Shown piece after piece: positions 1-15,424 of a DNA stretch of 64,000 nucleotides (positions are counted from its first letter, which is position 1; each line of letters begins with the position of its first letter). The notes below the pieces were generated by a model that worked only from the letters and a program-made list of their open reading frames with translations, ran no database searches and was not told the origin of the DNA. The stretch spans positions 62,001-126,000 of the forward strand of contig MCFG01000023.1 in NCBI GenBank assembly GCA_002104895.1, in the 5' to 3' direction. The translations under genes and the position numbers were made by a program. Source of the stretch: Anaeromyces robustus. Its lineage: Eukaryota.

Positions 1-203
1 TTAGCCTTTGTTGAAGTTTCTTATTATCAAGTATGAGATTTTAAACAAAAAATTAATATAATTTTATTATAATAATTTCATTTTATTAATTTACTAATTA
101 TTTCTATTATTTTTAAATATTTTACTTTTAAAAAATAAATAAATAAATAAACATATATAAATTTAAAATTAAATTTCAAAAAAAAAAAAAAAAAAAAAAA
201 AAC

Positions 204-265
<62 letters not shown>

Positions 266-830
266 TAATAACAATTCAAAATCAAAATTAAATTAAAAAT
301 CAAATCCAATAAAAAAAATTGAATCATCAAAATCTAAAAAAATTAATACTTTATATATATAGGTTGCTAGATCATTAACAATTCTCTTTAATATTATATT
401 CACATACTTAATTCTTCATAATAAAACTTCACCAGCTGCTATGTTAGCATGTGCTATTGTCTTTTTTGGTTTTATTATGGGATCTTATGGTGAATCACAC
501 TTTTCATTAACTGGTTTAATCTTTGGTGTCTTTTCAAGTATCTTTGTTGCTTTATACGGTATATTTGTTAAAAAGAAGCTTCAAGTTGTTGATAATAATG
601 AATGGTATGTTAACATAATTAATATTTAATTTTTATTTATTAATTTATTTAAAAAAAAAAGAAAAAGAAATAAAAAAAATAAAAATTATATACAAAAATA
701 TATCATCTATAAAAAATTTTTCTAACCTTCTATTTTTCTTTTGTATAAATAAATATAATAATAAAACATAATAAAATATTAATTTTTATTATTATTTCAT
801 TCAATAATATAAATATAAAATTATAAATTC

Positions 831-862
<32 letters not shown>

Positions 863-1265
863 AAACAATAAATCAATATTTTTTTTATGATGGTTATATA
901 AATTTATTAGGCGCCTTTTACATTACAATACAACATTAGCTATTGTCTTACTTTTACCTGTTGTCATATTATCTGGTGAAGTAAAAGAAATAGCTACTGT
1001 ATTTTTCATTTTAAGACCAAAATTCTGGATTATTATGACTATTACTGGTATAACTGGTTTCTTAATTAATATTGCTACCTTCTTACAAATTAAATTCACA
1101 ACACCACTTACTAATACTATATCTGGTACTGCAAAAGCATGTGTTCAAACCGTTCTTTCTGTTATTATTTTCAGAAATCCTATTACTTTTATGAACGGTT
1201 TTGGTATATTTTTAGTTTTATTCGGTTCATTATTATATTCATTAATTAGATACTATAAATTATAA
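1..1265 (+). CDS. GDP-fucose transporter (SLC35C1-like nucleotide-sugar transporter), 5'-truncated; exons 1-30, 363-604, 911-1265
   Basis: Spliced translation LAFVEVSYYQ|VARSLTILFNIIFTY...NNEW|RLLHYN...LQIKFTTPLTNTISGTAKACVQT...; the YQVARSLT and TPLTxxISGTAKAC motifs match the SLC35C1 family; GT..AG introns keep the frame. Confidence 0.85.
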
Positions 1266-2016
1266 GTAAAGAGAAATTTTTTGTATATATATTTTTTCTT
1301 TCTTATATTATTTTTAATTAATACTCTTTTGATTTTATTTGAAAAAAATATATATATAATAATATAATAATAAATAAAGAAATAAATTAAATATATATAT
1401 ATAAAATTATCTTAGAGAATAAAAAAAGAAAAAATTTCTTTTTTCTTTTTTTTTTTTTTTTAATAATTATTATTTAATCATTATTTTATGTTTATGAGAT
1501 TTTCAGATAATGCAAAATATTTTATATAAATAAAAAATAAAAAAAAAAAATAAAAAAATAAATGAATAAAAAATAAAAAAAATAAAAAATAAAATAAAAT
1601 AAAAATTTAAAATAATTATTTATAATATTATCATAATAATAATAATAATATAATAAATATTTAAATAAAAAATATTAAATAATAATAAAAATAAAAAGAA
1701 AAATAAAAACAAAAAGAAAAATACGCTATAATAAAACTATAATAATTTTTTTTTTCCTTTTTCAAATTGTAAAGTAAAAAAATTATATTAATTTATTGAT
1801 TTATTTTTATTTTTATTTTTTATTTTTTATTTTTTATTTTTTTTTTTTTTATTTTTTATTTTTTACTTTTTATTTTTTACTTTTTATTTTTTTTTTTTTT
1901 ATAACATTAGAATAATTATGGGATACATGAATCTATATATAAAAGTTAATAATACATTACAAATGAACTGACAAAAAAAAAATAATAATGATAAATAAAA
2001 TAAAACAAAATAACAA

Positions 2017-2310
2017 TTAATCATAAGATTGATTTAAAAATTTTAATAAATCACTTAAATTCTTATCACGTCTTTTATCATCTGCAGTTTTCTTTACCTA
2101 GTGAAAAAAAATAATATGAAATATATTTAGAAAAATTGAAGAAGAGGAAGAAAAAAAATCATTCTATTATTTTATTTCTTATATATATATATAAAATTAT
2201 TTTAACTTACTTTCATTTTTATAATTTTCCCTGTTATAGCACTTCTTTTATACTCATGATTATCTGAATCAGAATCCTTATCACTTCTTCTCTTCTATTA
2301 TTATTTATAA

Positions 2311-2341
<31 letters not shown>

Positions 2342-3664
2342 AAATATTGTTTTAATAAAAATAATTGAAATACTGATATTTATATTATTTATTTTATTAT
2401 TAATGATAATTTTTTTTATTATTTTTTTTTTTTTAAATAAAAAACCTTCTTCTTATGTTTAGATTTTTTCTTTTTCTTCTTGGATGAATCTTTTTATATC
2501 CCCCAAATAATAAGGTCGTACGTCGTCATTTATTTACAAAAGTCATTAAATCCGTTTCATTATATTAGCAATAAAATAAAATAAAATGAAAATAAATAAA
2601 TAAATAATTAAATAATATATATATATTAATATAAATTTTATAAAAATATATATTTATATATAACTTTTTGACTATTACCTTCTGAACTTGAAGAACTACT
2701 ACTACTACTACTACTATCACTTGAATAATTTTTATGTTTTCTACTTTTACTTTTTCTTTTTTTATGATGTTTATGCTTATCTTTATATATACATATATAT
2801 TTAATTGATTATTATTATTATTATTATAAAGATTAATATATAGTTGTTAAATTATAAAAAAATATAAAAAAAAAAATAATATAAAAATAATATAAAAAAA
2901 TGAAATAAAAATATAATTTTTTGTATTATTTAACTATTTTTAATATATATTATATAATTCTCATTAAAAATAATATTTACGATGATGTGAACGTTCTACA
3001 CTAGAACTGGTATCATATGAATCTGAACTGGAATCTTTTTATTATTATTATTATTATTATTATTGTTGTTGTTTAAATATTTTTAGTATTTTTTTAAAAA
3101 ATTATTTTTAATAATTATATTATTATCATTTTTAAAGTTTATATTTCCCATTATAATTTATGTTTTCCAGGTTATTTGAAAAGTATAATTTTATATTTAA
3201 AATAAAATTTAATATATATAATAAATAATTAATGATGGATTATTCATTTGGATATTGAAATTAATTATAAAATTTTTATTTGAAATTAAAAAATTACGTA
3301 TAAATGAAAATTTAATATTAATATTAAAACTCTAAAAATATATGTAATATTATAATTAACAATCACCTCTACTTCTACTTCTACTTCTACTTTTACTCCT
3401 GCTTCTACTTCTACTTTTATCTTTACTATGTCTTTTTTTACTATGATTTTTATGACTTCTATGTTTTTTTTCTTTATCAGAATAAAGGTCACCACTATGA
3501 CTGCGACTACGACTGCGACTACGACTATAACTATCCCCTCTACTTCTTCCTCTACTTTTTTCTCTACTTTTTTCTCTTCTTTCTTTACTTCTACTTCTAC
3601 TTCTACTTCTACTTCTACTTTTACTATTATAACGATGTTCACTGTTGCGTTCTTTACTGCCCAT
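2017..3664 (-). CDS. Arg/Ser- and Lys-rich putative nuclear protein without an RRM; 6 exons (about 3367-3664, 2981-3034, 2679-2780, 2446-2489, 2211-2294, 2017-2097)
   Basis: MGSKERNSEHRYNSKSRSRSRSRS... continues through in-frame GT..AG joins to ...HEYKRSAITGKIIKMK|VKKTADDKRRDKNLSDLLKFLNQSYD*; stop at 2017-2019. Confidence 0.8.
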
Positions 3665-5079
3665 TGTTATTATTCACTTTTTTTCCTTATTTCTTTCTAT
3701 TTTATCTTGTAATATTTAAATTATTATAGTTTTTTTTTTTTTCCTGAAGCAAATTTGCTTTATTCTTTTTCTTTTTCTTTTTATATTGATACTTTAATTG
3801 AATAATAGCGTATATATTTTTTCAATAAATTTTATTTATTTTTATACTTCATTTCATTCGTTTTTTTTTTTTTTTTTTTTTTTTTAAGATAAAAAAGGAA
3901 AAAAGAAAAATGTGTCAACTGAATTCTTTTCTTTTCACTTTACAAATTATGCTATGTATTCTTCATAAAAAAAAATATATAAAGATTATTTTGGATAATT
4001 TAATTCTTTTTAATTTTAATTTATTTGTTTCTTTTACATTCATAAATTACATTACATATATTAAAATATTAATTACATTTCTAATACATAAAATTATTAT
4101 ATAATTCTTTTTTAATATATATAATTGTATTAGAATTTTTAATATAATGTATTATATATATTATATATACACATATATTCAAAGAAGAATCAAATCTTTA
4201 TTTTAATTGTAACTAAATTTAATTAAAAACAAATTTGTTAAGTAAATAAATAAATTAATTAATAAATAAATTAATTAATAATTAAATAAATAAATAAATA
4301 TTTAAAATAAATAAATTTTAATCATTAATTTTAATATATTAATGTATATATTATAATATATTATAATAATATAATTTTTTAATTCATTTTAACCAATAAA
4401 TTTTTAAAAACATGTATTTTTTTCATTTTTTTTATTTTTTAATGAATAATAGAAATAATAGAATATTGTAGTAGAAAGTAATTTTTTTTTATTATATAAT
4501 AATTAACTTAATTTATATTATTATTGTATAATATTAAGATCACATCACTACAATACAGGTATTAAGCTAAAATCATATTTAAAAAAAATTTTTTTGAAAA
4601 ATAATTATTTTTTATTATAAAAGAAATTTAGAATTAAAAGTAAAAAAGTAAAAAAAAAAAAAAAAAAAAAGGTAAATGAAATAATACAAATAAAGTTTGT
4701 TTTTTTTTTTATATCTTTTTTTTTAAAATTCATTAAATATGATAATAAATAATCTTTTATTTTTTTTATGTATTAAGTATATAATAGTAATATAATTGTA
4801 AAAGTAGAAATTATCTTTGTGGAAATACCATCTATATATAATATTGATTAAAATGTTTTAATTTAACTAATTTTATTTTTTATATTTTTTTATTATATAT
4901 ATATCAAATATATTTAATTGTTTATAATATTTAATGTTCAAAAAAATTTTATTTAAATGATGTCGTTTCAACAATAAATAAAATAAAAACTTAAAGTAGA
5001 AAAGGAATATTGGAATATATAGAAAAAATATATTTTTTTTTATAACAAAACTTAAAATCAAATAAAAAAAAAATACAAA

Positions 5080-7717
5080 ATGAATATAATACCAAAATTA
5101 TTTATATTTATAGTATTACAAATACTATTGATAAGTATTGTTAATGCTAGTAAAGATTATTATGATATTCTCGGTGTTGACAGAAGTGCATCTAAGAAAC
5201 AAATTAGAAAAGCTTATAAAAACTTATCAAAGTAGATTTACATTTAAATATATAAAAATATAAAAAAAAATATGTCATAATAATTTATTATAAATATTAA
5301 TATAATATTTATATTAGAAAATATCACCCAGATAAAAATCCAGGAGATAAAAAAGCTGAAGAAAAATTTATTGAATTAGCTAAAGGTATAAAACTATCTT
5401 TAATATTCCTCAATTTGACATTTTATACATATAATTCTACTATTATTATAATATTTAATATCATATTTTTTTTTAAAATTTAAATATAATTATTTTATAT
5501 TATATTTATAAATAATGAATTGTTTACTAATTGACTATATTTAATATATAATTGATTCAATATCAAATAATGAATAGCTTATGAAGTATTATCTGATGAC
5601 GAAAAAAGACGTATATACGATCAATATGGTGAAGAAGGTTTAAATCATGGTGACCAACATTTTAATGATCCATTTGATATCTTCAGACAGTATTTATCAT
5701 ACATTTTATTTTATTTTTTTCTTTTTTACTTCCTATTATTTGTTTTATTAAATAATTTCAAATTATGTTGAATAATATACATAAAATATATATATATGTG
5801 TTATAATTCAATATATATATTTTTAAAATAATTAATGAAATTTGAAATTAAAAAAAATGTTCTTTTCAATAATATATAAAAGAAAAGTATTAACCTTTAA
5901 TATCTTTAATATCTTATATATATTTATATATACAAATAATTATATTAAATAAGATTTGGTTTTGGTGGAGGTGAACGTAAGTTATAAATATAATAATAAT
6001 AATATATATTTTTATAACAAAAAATAATGAAATATATTATTTATATTTAAATACTATTTATATTTATTAATATTAATAATATCTTGTTTATTATAATTTA
6101 AATACAGCACGTCGTCAAGAAAGAAAAGGTCCAGAAATTAACATTGATTTGGAAGTTTCTCTTGAAGATTTATATATGGGTGCCTATATTGATGTAAATA
6201 CTTTTTCTAATTATTTTGATAATATAAAAAGTTATATATACAAAATCAATTTAATATATAAAAAGAATTAAATAATATATTTTATTTTATTTTATTTTAT
6301 GTTATTAATATTATTTTATTATTATTATTATTTATAACATAAAAAATAATAATTAATACTTTTTAATATAAAATAGGCCGATGTTAAGAAACAAGTAATT
6401 TGTCCTTACTGTCGTGGTTCTGGTGCTGCTTCACAAGATGATGTTCATATTTGTCCATCATGTAAAGGTACTGGTAAGAGAATGATTCGTCAAATGTTAG
6501 GTCCAGGTATTTACCAACAAGTTCAAACAGTGTATGTATTTTTTTTTTTTTTATTAACATTATTATTATTATTATTATAATTATAATTTTAAAATATACT
6601 TAATATATTTATTTATATAGTAGAAAAAATTATAATAATTATAAATAAATAAGAAGACAATTGCATTTAAAAAAAAATACTTATAATATTTATTAAATTA
6701 TTTATATTCAATTATGCTATAATAAATATATATAATATATATACTATTGTATTATATATATATATTATTATTTTATAATTATTATTTTTTTAATCTTCAA
6801 TTCTTTATAAAAATGTTTAATAGTTGTGACGCTTGTGGTGGTAAAGGTAAAACTATCAAGAGAAAGTGTCCACATTGTAAGGGTGAAAAGGTTGTAAGTG
6901 GTGGTGATACAATTTCAATTACTATTGAAAAAGGTATGAGTGATGGTCATCGTATTGTTTTCGAAAGAGAAGGTGATCAACATCCAGATGTTACTCCAGG
7001 TGATATTATCTTTACTATTAGAACTATTCCACATCCATTATTTACTCGTAAAGGTAATAATTTATATGTCAAGATTGCTATCACTTTAGCTGATGCTCTT
7101 CTTGGTTTTGAAAAAGAAATTCACCATTTAGATGGACATGTTGTTGAATTAAAACGTACTGGTATTACTCCACCAGGTATGAATAAAATAAATAAATGAA
7201 TAAATATATACATAAATATATATAATTAAATTAATATAATTATAATATATATAAATAAATATAATAAATTAAACTAATAATTAATTATATTAAATATATA
7301 TTTAAATATTATATAAGGTTTCGTTCAAGAAATTTATGATGAAGGTATGCCTCTTCATGAATTCCCAAGTGAACAAGGTAAATTATATATTGAATATGTT
7401 GTAGCATTCCCAACAGAACTTTCAGAAGAACAAAAAGAAGGTAATATTTTAAAAACAATAATTGAAAATAAATATAAATATAAATATAAATATAAATATA
7501 AATATAAATATAAATATAAATATAAATATAAAAATAAAAAATTTTCAATAAAATATTATATATATCAATATAATTTTACTTTTTGATTTATACATAATTT
7601 ATATTTGTTAATTTATTAATATATTAACATTTATTTTATTATTTTTTATAATTTATATAAATAGTTATCAAAAACAACTTTTCAAAAGTTGATTCAAAAA
7701 TAAAGGATGAATTATAA
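5080..7717 (+). CDS. SCJ1: ER-luminal type I DnaJ/Hsp40 co-chaperone (Scj1/DNAJB11-like), 9 exons including a 23-nt exon at 5954-5976
   Basis: Signal peptide [24 protein letters not shown] domain (KDYYDILGV...YHPDKN), four CxxCxG repeats ([30 protein letters not shown]), DnaJ C-terminal domain, C-terminus ...DSKIKDEL* (ER retention). Confidence 0.92.
7471..7530. repeat. (ATATAA)n hexanucleotide microsatellite in an SCJ1 intron
   Basis: Direct reading; it produces the KYKYKY/IYIYIY artefact ORFs. Confidence 0.9.
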
Positions 7718-9197
7718 GTTATTTAAATAAGAAACAAATAGAAAGGGAAAAAACCATATATTAAATATATCAATTATTTATAAACATTTTTTATACTAAA
7801 TTAATAAGTTAAATGATAAGTTTTTATAATTGAATAAAAAATTATATATATTTAAAAAATAAATTATTAAATAATAATAAATCAAGTTAACTTGCAAGCA
7901 AACCAAAAAATATTTAAAAAAAAAAAATAAAATAAAAATAAAATAAAATAAAAAAAAATTAAAAAAAATTAAAAAAAATTAAAAAAATAAAAAAATAATT
8001 AATAAAAAATTAATAAAATCATTAAATAAATCATAATAATAAAAAAAAAATCAATATATATACACTTTCTCCACCTTAACAAAAACAAATTAATTTTTTT
8101 TTTCTGATTATTGTAAAATAAATAATAATTAAAATATCGCAAATAATAAAAATGTTTAAATGAAAAAAAAAAAAAAAATTTTTTTTTTTTATCTTTATCT
8201 TAATTTTTTTCTTTGTTATTATTAAATAAAATAAAATATATATTTTTTATTATATATCTTAATATCAAATTGTTATTAATTTTTTTTTTTTTTAATGTTA
8301 CTCGATGTATAATAATTATAATTATTGTATAATATACATAAACCAAAATAAAATTATGATAAGAAAAAGAAAATAATTTAAATTAAATATCAAAAAATTA
8401 ATTTTCCATTATATCAAATTTTTAATTATATAAATTTAAAAATTTTTTGAAAAATTGGTTGAATAATTTAATTATAATTAAAATAATTGTTTATTATATT
8501 ATAATATATATTTATATATATAATAAAATTAATTTAATTTAATTATTAATTTTTTTCTTTTTTAAATTTTAAATAATAGAAAAATGTTTTTTTTTTTTTG
8601 TTTCTTTCTTTTTTTCATTAAAGTAAAAAATAAAAATAATTAAAATAAAGAAAAAGGAAATGTGTTAAAAAAAAAAAAAAAATAAGAAAAAAAAAAAATA
8701 AAAAACGACAATAAAAATAAAATACTTAAAAAAAAACAAAAACAACAATAAAAATAAAATACTTTGAACAAAAAAAAATTATTTTATTTTATTTTATTTT
8801 ATTTTACTATATATAAAAAAATTAATTACAATTATATAAGAGATTTCAATAAAGAAAATAATGTTCTTTTTGTTTTTTGTATAAATATATAAAGAAAAAT
8901 AGTTATTTTTATTTATATTCAAAAAAATAAAATTAATTCTTTTTTTTAAATATAAAGAAATAAACTATTACTTAATAAATAAAAATAAATTTAAAAATTT
9001 CATTAATCAATATATAAATTATATGTATACTATTATTGATAATTTATTTGGGATAATTTATTATAAATAATATTATATTATATTATATTAAATACTAAAA
9101 GCCTTCATATAAATAAAATACATTCAAATAAAATACAATTATCAAATATATCAAATATATAATAAAGAAAATAAAGATAATAAATTAAAAAAAAAAA

Positions 9198-11159
<1,962 letters not shown>

Positions 11160-11550
11160 AAATATATATATTTATCTCGAATATATCCTAAATTTTTATT
11201 ACAAATAAACTAAAATAATCATAAATATATAACTAAATAAATATATAAAATATATAAAATAAAATGTATAAATATATAAGTTTATAAAAATAAATAAAAT
11301 AAAAATATATCGTTATATTACTTTTATTAAAATAAATCAATAATAAATATAATATAATAATAATATTATTATATTTATCAACTTTTTATTTTTCTTTTTT
11401 TCTTTCTTTTTTTTTTTTTTTTTTAAAGAAAAAAAATCAATATATATTAAAATTAACAATTAAAAACTAATAGAATTATTGATATTCAATTTATAATATA
11501 ATATGTTATGATTTAATTAATCATCATTCATTAAATAATATATATAGACT

Positions 11551-11955
<405 letters not shown>

Positions 11956-12229
11956 TATCATTATTATTTATAATTATATATGTTAAATCTATTTGAATCT
12001 TTCTTTTTTTTTTTTTAAATTTTTTGTCACAGTATTTGGTAATTAGAAATTTAATAAAAAAAATGATATAAATTATTATTAAAAATTCAATATGTAGCTT
12101 TATTTTAAAAAAAATTACAACTATGGAAATAAATAGTAAGTCTTATGATAACTTTTTTGTTTTTTCTCTCCAAATAAATAATAAATAAAAAAGGAAAATT
12201 CTTAGAAATGTTCTTAAAAAAACTTTATT

Positions 12230-12264
<35 letters not shown>

Positions 12265-12761
12265 CAAAATTTGTTAAATTTTAAATTATACTTTTAATCA
12301 AAACCAATTATATATTTTTATTAATAGAGTAAAAGTTTATTTTATATATTAACTAATATAGAATATGGAATGAAAAAAATTGAAAATATCTTTGTTAAAA
12401 GAAAAAATTTAATTTAAATATTATTTAAATATATTTAATTCATAGATATATAAATCTTTATTGATTTAGTTAATTTAATTATTTTATTTTTAATTTTTTT
12501 TTTATCTTATTTGTTGTTTAAAAAAAAATAAGTAAATCTATATAATATTTAATATTTGAAACTTATTTAAATTATTATGTAAATAAGATATACAAATATT
12601 TTTTTAATAAATATTTATATGATGGATATAGAAAATGTTTAATGAAATCAAAAATTCAAAAAATTTATCTTTTCTACTAAAAAAATAGGAATTTTACATA
12701 TAGCAAAATTATTTTTAATAGAGATAATGAATGAACAAAATTAGCAAAAAAAAAAAAAAAA

Positions 12762-12935
12762 GAAAACTTAATAGTATTGGATTTAGATAGTAAAAAATTA
12801 ACTGAATTACCATAAGAAATATGACATTTCGAAAACTTGTGAGAAATTGATCTTTTTAAACTTGAAAAATTTTGAATTTAATAGATATTCCATCATTAAT
12901 AAGGCAATTTAAAAAAATTAAAAGAATTATTGTTA
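12762..12935 (+). pseudogene. Decayed leucine-rich-repeat (LRR) gene fragment
   Basis: From 12762: ENLIVLDLDSKKLTELP*EI*HFENL*EIDL, then after a frameshift LIDIPSLIRQFK(+1 A)KLKELLL; matches the LxxLxLxxNxLxxLPxEIGxLxNL consensus with three in-frame stops. Confidence 0.7.
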
Positions 12936-13048
12936 TTGTGCCCATTAATATTTTATATTTATATATATATATTAATTTCTTTGTTACACAAAAAATATAG
13001 AAACGTTTTTAATCTGTATCTTTATTCTGTATTACTAGTTTTTAGTTA

Positions 13049-13132
<84 letters not shown>

Positions 13133-13184
13133 TATTATTTATTATTTATTATTATTATTATTATTATTTATTATTTATTATTTA

Positions 13185-13215
<31 letters not shown>

Positions 13216-15424
13216 AACTTTTAAGAATTATAACCTAATTCTTTCAAAATTTTACCAAATTCTTTTTCAATAATTATGGAAACGAGTTAGTATATAATAA
13301 TAATAATGATAATTAATATTTCATATTGTTCAACTAAAAATTTTTCTTATGAAATAATATATTAATTCCAAAAATTATGTTTTATCCATTACATAATAAA
13401 TATATTAGATCTATATATATAAAAAGATGAAAAAACACAAAACACAATGTATATAAATGATGATAAATCAATTTATTATATTATGAATGATAAAAAAATT
13501 CAAAATTTATTTATTATTATTAATAAAACAATAAATAATTATAAAAAATGAAAAACAAAATTGTTAAATTTTTTTTAACAATGTACTAATTTTTAACTAT
13601 AGAAACTCTGATTTTTTTTTTTATATTTAAAAATATGATTTAGAACATATATTATAAAATTAATTTAATTTATTTTTGAAAGAAAAACACTTAAATAAAA
13701 ATTATTAAAACTCTAATAATAATAAAATATAAATACACAAAAAAAGATAAATATATAATATAATATTTCCTTAAAACTATTTCTTTTTTATATAGTTATA
13801 TTTATTTTAATTATTATAGAATATATTATATATATATATAGAAATAGCGATAATAAGTTATATTTATTTTATGATAATAAAATAATTATTATTTACTATA
13901 ATTTTAATATTTTAATATTAGAAAAATTATTGAATAATTTATTAAAAAATAGTTTTTTTCTTTTTCTTTTTTTTTTAAATCCTATTATATATAAAAAGTC
14001 ATTAAAGAACTAGCAATTAAATAAATAATTATTAATTCATACTTAAATGAAAAATAAATAAATAATAAATTATACATATAGCTAATTCTTTTTAAATATA
14101 TATTATTAATAATTGATTATTATTAACTTTCCATATAAAAACATATCAAGTTTTTTTATTATATTATTATATAATAAAATAAAATTGTGGCATCGTTATT
14201 ACTTTAATTTTATTTTAGATGTTCAAAAGTAAGCAGGAGTTGCCTAAATTGTTTTTTTTTTTTATATTCATATTTTAAGTAAATAAAAAATTAAAAACTA
14301 ATAAAATAAAATAAGAAATGCAATAATAAATCTACAAAGTTTTGAAAATTTGATACAACTGATAAAAATATTTATATTTTTAAATACATTTTTTTTTCTT
14401 TTTTTGTTTATACATTAAATAAAGGAAAATATTATATAAAAAGAAAAAAGCTTTTATTAAATAATTATGTTATAGAAACAATATATATATTTGTGCATAA
14501 AAATTATATATATATTTTTACACGAATTTATAAACTAATAAATAAATAAATAATAAAAATTTAAAAACTTAATATTATGAATATTTCTAGTAATTATAGA
14601 ATTAACGTAATTTCTATATTTGTTTTTTAATATTTAAAAAAAAAGTAAATCTATTAATAGGAAATGAAAGTATACAAAAAAATGTTGTAATGCAATAAAA
14701 AATAAAAACAAATAAAATATTAAGGAATTAATATATTTAATATAAATGATAATTTTTACTCATTTTACTCATTATATAGCTTTGTTAAAAAAAACTACAT
14801 AAAAAAAAATATTTAAAAAAAGATATATATAATAATAAATAATAATAATTAATAATAATAAATAAAATAATAAATAAAATTAACCATATTAATTAAAACA
14901 TAAATAATATATCATTTCAGTTTTATAAAAAGTTTATATATTTTTGGTATTAAAGTTATATATATATATATATATATATATTACTTTACTAATTTTTTTT
15001 TTATTCAAAACGCGAAAATTTTCATAATCTATAATAAGAAAAATAAGGAAAAAATTAATCTATATTTATTTGATTAATAAGTAATATTACATTTTATTAA
15101 TTTAAAAATTTATAAAAATTATTGTTAATGTATAATTATGAAATAATTAATATCATTTGGTTTTTTATAATAACTCCGAATTTTTTTCTATAAAAAAAAA
15201 TAATAAATAGAATTATCAATTAAAGTATTGTATTACTATCCATAAATATTAAAATATTTATAGTTCATATATTAATTTTAAAATCTATAATTTATATAAA
15301 TTGATTTTTTTCTCTAAAATATATAAAAAAAAATTTTTACTAAATCATCACTTATAAAATTTTAACAAAGATTTATTAAAAGAAAATAAAAAATTAGTAT
15401 TTTATATATTTAAACTCATTCAAG

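Noticed and set aside
3286..3712. Alternative ORFs (VEVEVE, TSTSTS) over the RS exon
   Set aside because: Frame shadows of the AGTAGA repeat encoding RS dipeptides.
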